DNA of 64,000 nt from a virus (Duplodnaviria > Caudoviricetes): IMG/VR virus record IMGVR_UViG_3300025608_000006, one strand, 5' to 3'. The translations under genes were made by a program, and so were the position numbers. Below are positions 59,610 to 64,000 of the stretch, in pieces; position 1 is the stretch's first letter, and the number at the start of each line of letters is the position of its first letter. Below the pieces are notes generated by a model. That model had not been told where the DNA came from, ran no database searches, and saw nothing but the letters and a program-made list of their open reading frames with translations.

Positions 59610-59786
59610 TTATGTAAATATTAGATAAAGAATTCCAAGTACTGCAATCACCACAGCAGGTGGTACCAGTGTGAAGATCAAGCTGTGAACACACTGTTCC
59701 CAAAAGCCCACGTACTCGTTGCAGTTGTGACACTGTGGAGCAAAGAAGTTCTTATCCATTTGATGACAGTTTGGACATACGCTCAT
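59610..59786 (-). CDS. 58-aa zinc-ribbon plus transmembrane peptide (not in ORF track)
   Basis: MSVCPNCHQ...QCHNCN...PPAVVIAVLGILYLIFT; AGGAG RBS. Confidence 0.65.
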   Translation of the reverse strand: MSVCPNCHQMDKNFFAPQCHNCNEYVGFWEQCVHSLIFTLVPPAVVIAVLGILYLIFT

Positions 59787-59787
59787 C

Positions 59788-59925
59788 TTATAATACTCCT
59801 ACAAAGGATGGTTGAAGGACAGCACCTGCCCACATAAGTCCTGCGCCAAGCCATATCAGTATTGCACTCAGCAAGCCTGTTTGCCACAGCACCAAAAGGA
59901 TTACTAGTTTGATCAGCGTTCCCAT
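59788..59925 (-). CDS. 45-aa membrane peptide
   Basis: MGTLIKLVILLVLWQTGLLSAILIWLGAG...; AAGGA RBS before ATG 59925. Confidence 0.6.
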   Translation of the reverse strand: MGTLIKLVILLVLWQTGLLSAILIWLGAGLMWAGAVLQPSFVGVL

Positions 59926-59926
59926 C

Positions 59927-60202
59927 TTAGCGATCCTTGCGATCAATAGTGATCGTTCCCTGCATCCATGATACAATCAACTCACGGTCTTCATCTGAGA
60001 AGTCTTTAGCAGTTGTACCAAACGTAGCGCCAAAGTGTGTGAGCGCATTGCCCACATGGCTTAGGTTGTTGAGTGTGCGCAAGCCATCTTCAGTCACAGG
60101 GCCAAGTCCGTGAATCTTACCGTACTCTTCTGAGTAGTTCATCATCTCACGTCCGATAGTAGCCAGTTGCTTCTGTTCAGTTGTTGCTTCGAAAAATGCC
60201 AT
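59927..60202 (-). CDS. Early hypothetical protein
   Basis: Cassette promoter and AAGGGCAA RBS. Confidence 0.75.
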   Translation of the reverse strand: MAFFEATTEQKQLATIGREMMNYSEEYGKIHGLGPVTEDGLRTLNNLSHVGNALTHFGATFGTTAKDFSDEDRELIVSWMQGTITIDRKDR

Positions 60203-60265
60203 TGTGTTTGCCCTTTATCTAATTGTTATATACAGTATAGCTTCACTTGCGGAGTTTGTCAACCC

Positions 60266-60313
60266 CTAATTTGGAAGTCCGCCATTCCAGTCATCACAGG
60301 GATCATCATACAT
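60266..60313 (-). CDS. Possible 15-aa micropeptide
   Basis: MYDDPCDDWNGGLPN; AGGAGG RBS, TAATG coupling, TAG inside the next promoter repeat. Confidence 0.45.
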   Translation of the reverse strand: MYDDPCDDWNGGLPN

Positions 60314-60531
60314 TATTCGTCCTCCTGTTCACGACCTTGTGCAAAGTCCAACAAGTCTGCTGCCAATGCTGCTGCTTGTGCGCGAGTCAACTGCACCCAG
60401 CTAAACGGGCCGCCTTCGCTCCAGCTGCCTACTTTGCTCTGTGTCAATTGCACACAAGTGCCTCGGTCGCTGCCTCCAAAGAAGCGTGTCATTGTTACGC
60501 CTTCTGCGTGTGTTTTCAATTCTGTTGACAT
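60313..60531 (-). CDS. Early hypothetical protein
   Basis: Cassette promoter and GAGGAGCAC RBS; FFGGSDRGTCVQLTQ. Confidence 0.75.
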   Translation of the reverse strand: MSTELKTHAEGVTMTRFFGGSDRGTCVQLTQSKVGSWSEGGPFSWVQLTRAQAAALAADLLDFAQGREQEDE

Positions 60532-60595
60532 CGTGTGCTCCTCTAATGTCTAACTTATACATACACTATAGCACCACTGTGCTAGTTTGTCAACC

Positions 60596-60667
60596 ACAAA
60601 AGTAGCAGGAGGAGTACTTTTTTTGATCGAGGGCACAATCAAATGTTCCTCTACTCCTGCTATTTGT
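60596..60667 (-). ncRNA. Fifth GUGCCCUC-loop hairpin in the tRNA-operon trailer
   Basis: Minus strand UUGAUU-GUGCCCUC-GAUCAA on top of a UAGCAGGAG/CUCCUGCUA stem. Confidence 0.7.
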
Positions 60668-60765
60668 CCGGGCTCTGGGGCAAGTCTATTAATAGTCCCC
60701 AGCGCCGACAGTCGCTATGTGATCTGTGCTTCACGGTTATTAGCACGAGCGCTGTCTACTCAGTT

Positions 60766-60842
60766 TGGCCTCCCCTGCAGGATTCGAACCTGCGACCCAC
60801 AGCTTAGAAGGCTGTTGCTCTATCCAGCTGAGCTAAGGAGAG
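60766..60842 (-). tRNA. tRNA-Arg(UCU)
   Basis: CTCTCCT acceptor, ACAGC-CTTCTAA-GCTGT anticodon arm, GGTTCGAATCC, encoded CCA. Confidence 0.95.
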
Positions 60843-60846
60843 TATA

Positions 60847-60923
60847 TGGTGGGCCCACCGAGACTCGAACTCGGAACCTACGGATTATGAGTCCGGTGCT
60901 CTAACCAATTGAGCTATAGGCCC
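60847..60923 (-). tRNA. tRNA with CAU anticodon, probably Ile2 (lysidine) rather than Met
   Basis: GGGCCTA acceptor, CTCATAA loop, GTTCGAGTC, CCA; the GGGCC start resembles bacterial Ile2. Confidence 0.85.
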
Positions 60924-60929
60924 TGTCTT

Positions 60930-61014
60930 TGGTGCTCCCTGTCGGACTTGAACCGACATGCCTTGCGGCGACAGATTTTAAGTCTGTTGTGTATACCTAT
61001 TCCACCAAGGGAGC
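60930..61014 (-). tRNA. tRNA-Leu(UAA)
   Basis: GCTCCCT acceptor, ACAGA-CTTAAAA-TCTGT, long variable arm, GGTTCAAGTCC, CCA. Confidence 0.95.
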
Positions 61015-61028
61015 GAATTCTGTTTTAC

Positions 61029-61187
61029 TTATGCCCCATCATCCATTTCTAATTCAAACTCTGAAGCCATATCTTCTTCAATAGCTTCAGCAAGTGCTTC
61101 ATACTTGGCTCGCAGTTCGCTTACCTGCCGCAGCGACAGCACACGATCCAAGTCTTTGATAACATCTTGTAGTGTAATATAATCCAT
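61029..61187 (-). CDS. 52-aa acidic protein (not in ORF track)
   Basis: MDYITLQDVIKDLDRV...ELEMDDGA; TAATG coupling. Confidence 0.6.
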   Translation of the reverse strand: MDYITLQDVIKDLDRVLSLRQVSELRAKYEALAEAIEEDMASEFELEMDDGA

Positions 61188-61384
61188 TACTGCACCCATA
61201 CGTGGTTGAATTTGGTTGGAAGGTTATCACAGCTGAAGATCTCATCTGTGTAGTTAACGACTTTGACGCACTCATTTGTTGCGTAGCTAACATGGACATC
61301 TGGCGCACTCAACGCTGAGTTCATTGCGTATCCTAGTCCTGCTAACATAGTCCCTGCAAACGCGATAGTAAAAACTGCTTTCAT
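61187..61384 (-). CDS. Early protein with N-terminal signal/TM segment
   Basis: Hydrophobic N-terminus, two Cys; cassette promoter. Confidence 0.75.
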   Translation of the reverse strand: MKAVFTIAFAGTMLAGLGYAMNSALSAPDVHVSYATNECVKVVNYTDEIFSCDNLPTKFNHVWVQ

Positions 61385-61458
61385 TGTCGTTGCCCTTTTG
61401 CTTAACTGTTATATACAGTATAGCGCCGAAACGCTATACTGTCAACACCTAATTTGCC

Positions 61459-61707
61459 TTATTCAGCAAAAACTTTTGCACGTGATCCTGTGATGTCACG
61501 AGCACTTACTGCATAGCGAGCCTTGCCCGTTGTAGCAGTGTCCACACGCACGTTCAATCCAGCAGCTCGCAAGTCGCTGATTCGTGCAGTTAGATTTTGG
61601 ATTCCGAAACGTGCCTTTGCATCAGCAGCAGTGATTGTCTTGCCAGTGCCACGCAGGTAAGTTTCAAGGAATGCAGTTTGGTTTGATTTAATAGTAGTAA
61701 AGCTCAT
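61459..61707 (-). CDS. Winged helix-turn-helix protein
   Basis: LETYLRGTGKTITAADAKARFGIQNLTARISDLRAAGLNV (HTH_39-like pattern). Confidence 0.75.
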   Translation of the reverse strand: MSFTTIKSNQTAFLETYLRGTGKTITAADAKARFGIQNLTARISDLRAAGLNVRVDTATTGKARYAVSARDITGSRAKVFAE

Positions 61708-61806
61708 AATATGTACCCTTTAGAAAGTTTAGTTTAAAGTTTGCCTATCAACACTTTTTGCTCCAGTGTCTATATAGTATAGCACCTTTGCGGGATATGT
61801 CAACCC

Positions 61807-62001
61807 CTAATTGAACATATCGTCCCAAGCATCTTCAGTGATGCCAGTCTTGATGAACTCACGCTCACCAGCTGTTAGTTGGGGGAATGCATCCTGTACC
61901 AACAGTTTGCCTTCAAAGTAGGCTTCAACCTGCTCGTAGGTTACGTCAAGATCCATGGTGTTCTCTTGGCCGTTGAATGGATTAGTACGTGTGATTTTCA
62001 T
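61807..62001 (-). CDS. Early hypothetical protein
   Basis: VQDAFPQLTAGEREFIKTGIT; cassette promoter. Confidence 0.8.
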   Translation of the reverse strand: MKITRTNPFNGQENTMDLDVTYEQVEAYFEGKLLVQDAFPQLTAGEREFIKTGITEDAWDDMFN

Positions 62002-62066
62002 AGTGTTTGCCCTTTTCCCTAACTGTTATATACAGTATAGCATCAATTGAGGATTTGTCAACCTCT

Positions 62067-62264
62067 TTATGCAGTTTTAGTGCCAGTCTTTAGATTATAT
62101 TCAAAGCGCAGACCGCCCAGTACATCACGACAGCGGATGTAATCATAGTAGCCTTGTGCCTTCATTGCTTGATGAACAGCCTTGCCATCCGCAGCGTTTG
62201 ATACAGTGTCTACCCACTGCTCTGCACCACCGTCTTTGATTCCGAATATTTTGTAGCTTCTCAT
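62067..62264 (-). CDS. Early hypothetical protein
   Basis: Cassette promoter with doubled AGGGCA. Confidence 0.75.
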   Translation of the reverse strand: MRSYKIFGIKDGGAEQWVDTVSNAADGKAVHQAMKAQGYYDYIRCRDVLGGLRFEYNLKTGTKTA

Positions 62265-62326
62265 CGTATTGCCCTTTGCCCTAACTGTTATATACAGTAT
62301 AGCACACTCTACGGATTTGTCAACCC

Positions 62327-62482
62327 CTAATTGTCACTAACAATAAATTCACGCTCTTCTGGCAGGTATGCTATCAGCACATCTTTGGGCACTCGTTGCA
62401 GCATCTCGTAGAGTGCAGTTGTGTCCCGATCTTCGAGGTCGTTCTCTATCTGGTGAATCACTTCGTCCCACAGGTCCATCAT
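62327..62482 (-). CDS. 51-aa protein (not in ORF track)
   Basis: MMDLWDEVIHQIENDL...FIVSDN; AAGGAG RBS; TAG inside the next promoter repeat. Confidence 0.65.
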   Translation of the reverse strand: MMDLWDEVIHQIENDLEDRDTTALYEMLQRVPKDVLIAYLPEEREFIVSDN

Positions 62483-62760
62483 AGCGCATACTCCTTATTG
62501 GATTTCAACTGCCACTTCTCTAACACAGGCAAGCCGTATTCATCTTCGTCCACAACCACATAGGCAACTGTCTTCTTGACTGTGCCATAACGGTAGCCAG
62601 TCATGCCAGCAACACCGCCACCACCTACCCATATCTTGTGCAGCGTGTCCTCATTGCAGTTGTTCAACGGATCATCGTTGACACTATACTCGAAGTAATT
62701 GCCTGTGTCCTTCTCAACGAAGCAACCTATTGGATCTTTGGTGTAGGTGTAGTATGCCAT
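62479..62760 (-). CDS. Early hypothetical protein
   Basis: RYGTVKKTVAYVVVDEDEYGLPVLEKW; cassette promoter. Confidence 0.8.
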   Translation of the reverse strand: MAYYTYTKDPIGCFVEKDTGNYFEYSVNDDPLNNCNEDTLHKIWVGGGGVAGMTGYRYGTVKKTVAYVVVDEDEYGLPVLEKWQLKSNKEYAL

Positions 62761-62859
62761 GTCTTGCCCTCATTGCCTAACTGTTATATACAGTATATGC
62801 TCTAATAGGGGATCTGTCAACCATTATTTGGAAAAAAGATCCCCTTTAGAATCAATAGC

Positions 62860-63426
62860 TTACAAGCCTGTGGGTGCTAGGTTTACTTCTTCGTCTTCAT
62901 CCTCTTCTTCTTCCATTTCCTCATACTCTGCAAGACGCTCGTCTAGAGCATATTCGTCCACAAGATACTCTGGGATCATGTTGCGAACAGTGTCTGAGGT
63001 TGCACCTGAATAGTCATAGTGGTCGTCAGCACCTTCTGAATCCCAGTAGCCAACGAAGCACATACCGCCTTCTTCGTAGTATGCTTCTAGGTATACGCCG
63101 TCCATGTCATCACAGAACGCTGAGTAAGCGTCAATGGGCGGGCTCCAAGCCGAATCAAACCAACCTGTGATCTCACTAGTGCCGTCACCGTTGTCTGTGA
63201 ACTCAAGACCTTCAGTATCAACATCCCACTTGGTCCCCCAGTTAGTGACACACCAGTCATACCAGTTAGGCCCGTCACTAGGAGCAGTTGTCCCTTCTAG
63301 TTCCTTAGGCATAGGAATCATTGCGTTCAACAAGCCGCTGCCTTCTTGATTAGCGTCTTCCCACAGTTCCTTGATAGTCTCTGTGGAACCTTTGATTGTG
63401 ATTGAGTTGTTGCACCAGTTAGGCAT
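62860..63426 (-). CDS. MPNWCxN-family (DUF1281/YubB-like ferredoxin-fold) protein
   Basis: MPNWCNN, WYDWCVTNWGTKWD, FDSAWSPP, YYEEGG. Confidence 0.75.
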   Translation of the reverse strand: MPNWCNNSITIKGSTETIKELWEDANQEGSGLLNAMIPMPKELEGTTAPSDGPNWYDWCVTNWGTKWDVDTEGLEFTDNGDGTSEITGWFDSAWSPPIDAYSAFCDDMDGVYLEAYYEEGGMCFVGYWDSEGADDHYDYSGATSDTVRNMIPEYLVDEYALDERLAEYEEMEEEEDEDEEVNLAPTGL

Positions 63427-63577
63427 AGTCAGTCTCCCCCATAAGTTCTGTATCTACAATATCGGAATGTTCAAACGAGTAATCACACTCGCTCATGATG
63501 TCCTGGATGTCAGCGTCCCTAAGGACCTCCAACGCCACTGTGACATAAACTGTCTTGGTGTTGTCAGCGCCTGCCAT
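63419..63577 (-). CDS. 52-aa acidic protein (not in ORF track)
   Basis: MAGADNTKTVYVTVALEV...GETDYA; GGAGG RBS; overlaps both neighbours. Confidence 0.6.
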   Translation of the reverse strand: MAGADNTKTVYVTVALEVLRDADIQDIMSECDYSFEHSDIVDTELMGETDYA

Positions 63578-63789
63578 TAGCAGTCCTCCCCAAATGCGTC
63601 ATACAGTTCTGTCAAGTAATCAACGTCTGGCTCATCGTCTTCGAAGAACCGCTCGCTCAACTCATTACAGTCAAGCATATCCTCAACGTCATCGTTGCTC
63701 ATATACTTGAGCGCCATAGTCAGCATGTCTTCTGCTGACACCATGCCGTTCTCAACCAACTCAAGTGCGATATCTCTGTAGTTTGTCAT
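63577..63789 (-). CDS. Early acidic hypothetical protein
   Basis: ATG 63789 after GAGGGCAT RBS and cassette promoter. Confidence 0.75.
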   Translation of the reverse strand: MTNYRDIALELVENGMVSAEDMLTMALKYMSNDDVEDMLDCNELSERFFEDDEPDVDYLTELYDAFGEDC

Positions 63790-63863
63790 TTGCAAATGCC
63801 CTCTGCTTTGTTTAACTTATATATACACTATAGCACCGAATGCGCTATGTGTCAACCTCTTTT

Positions 63864-64000
63864 TTAAGCTATAGCTTCTTCTTTTGTTTTGCGATGATAG
63901 AACGCTTCCAAGTCTACGCAGCCGTCTACTTCAAGACCTGCGAGCAGCTGGGTGCGTTCTTGTTCATCGAATGCTTGATGATATTCATCCGGAGTATATT
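63864..64000 (-). CDS. 3' end of a small early ORF (truncated by window edge)
   Basis: ...YTPDEYHQAFDEQERTQLLAGLEVDGCVDLEAFYHRKTKEEAIA-stop just above the 12th promoter. Confidence 0.55.
   Translation of the reverse strand, partial: YTPDEYHQAFDEQERTQLLAGLEVDGCVDLEAFYHRKTKEEAIA

Larger units (their letters stand above)
57029..63860 (-). repeat. Twelve dispersed promoter/leader repeats (GGTTGACA-N16/17-TATA[C/G]T-GTATATAA...AGGGCA...ATG)
   Basis: -35 hexamers (tgtcaa on +) at 57082, 57418, 58268, 59599, 60257, 60588, 61440, 61798, 62056, 62318, 62815, 63850. The copies at 58219-58254 and 62269-62304 are identical over 36 bp. Confidence 0.95.

Noticed and set aside
2113-63580. Numerous short antisense or overlapping ORFs in the six-frame track (e.g. 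6884-7096, 19421-19744, 58583-59077, 62874-63580 on +)
   Set aside because: They are shadows of longer motif-bearing genes on the other strand or frame, with no RBS or promoter support.
57361-63810. Host with an altered anti-Shine-Dalgarno sequence
   Set aside because: Internal early genes and late genes use normal AGGAG/GGAG, so the host anti-SD appears standard.
57029-63860. CRISPR array or integron attC array
   Set aside because: Repeats are irregularly spaced promoter/RBS elements separated by intact genes. There is no constant spacer length, no cas gene or integrase in the window, and no attC R/L box structure.
1-64000. Alternative genetic code / stop-codon recoding
   Set aside because: Conserved genes read full length with code 11, and TAA, TAG and TGA all act as stops.

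Overview
64 kb of a large T4-like/jumbo tailed-phage genome, with no host genes, rRNA or CRISPR. From left to right it contains: a carbamoyltransferase and a giant tail-fibre-like gene; an ADP-heptose operon (hldE, hldD, cupin, gmhB); neck, sheath, tube, head-completion and terminase genes under T4-late-type TAAATA promoters; gp32-like ssb, recA and uvsY; an ~8 kb glycan-modification island; uvsW, kdsA, kdsB, clamp-loader subunit, def and a 186-aa mini-DnaE; primase, a second carbamoyltransferase and the helicase. An ~800-bp non-coding convergence zone follows. The last 7.4 kb is a minus-strand array of small early genes plus 3 tRNAs, built from 12 repeated sigma70 promoter/RBS cassettes. The most striking observation concerns these cassettes. 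Nine of the 12 cassette-leading genes use an unusual AGGGCA ribosome-binding motif. The non-coding 3' ends of two early transcription blocks carry five hairpins with unrelated stems but the same 8-nt loop (R)UGCCCUC, which is the complement of that motif. This suggests an undescribed multi-loop anti-RBS RNA that could silence the early gene class together; a protein-sponge model is the alternative. Other highlights are exact leaderless architecture of replication and late genes, an ATC start on the gp14-like neck gene, a thumb-reduced Pol III alpha, and GCGAAGC mini-hairpins at the convergence zone. All product calls come from motif recognition by eye; no database searches were run.
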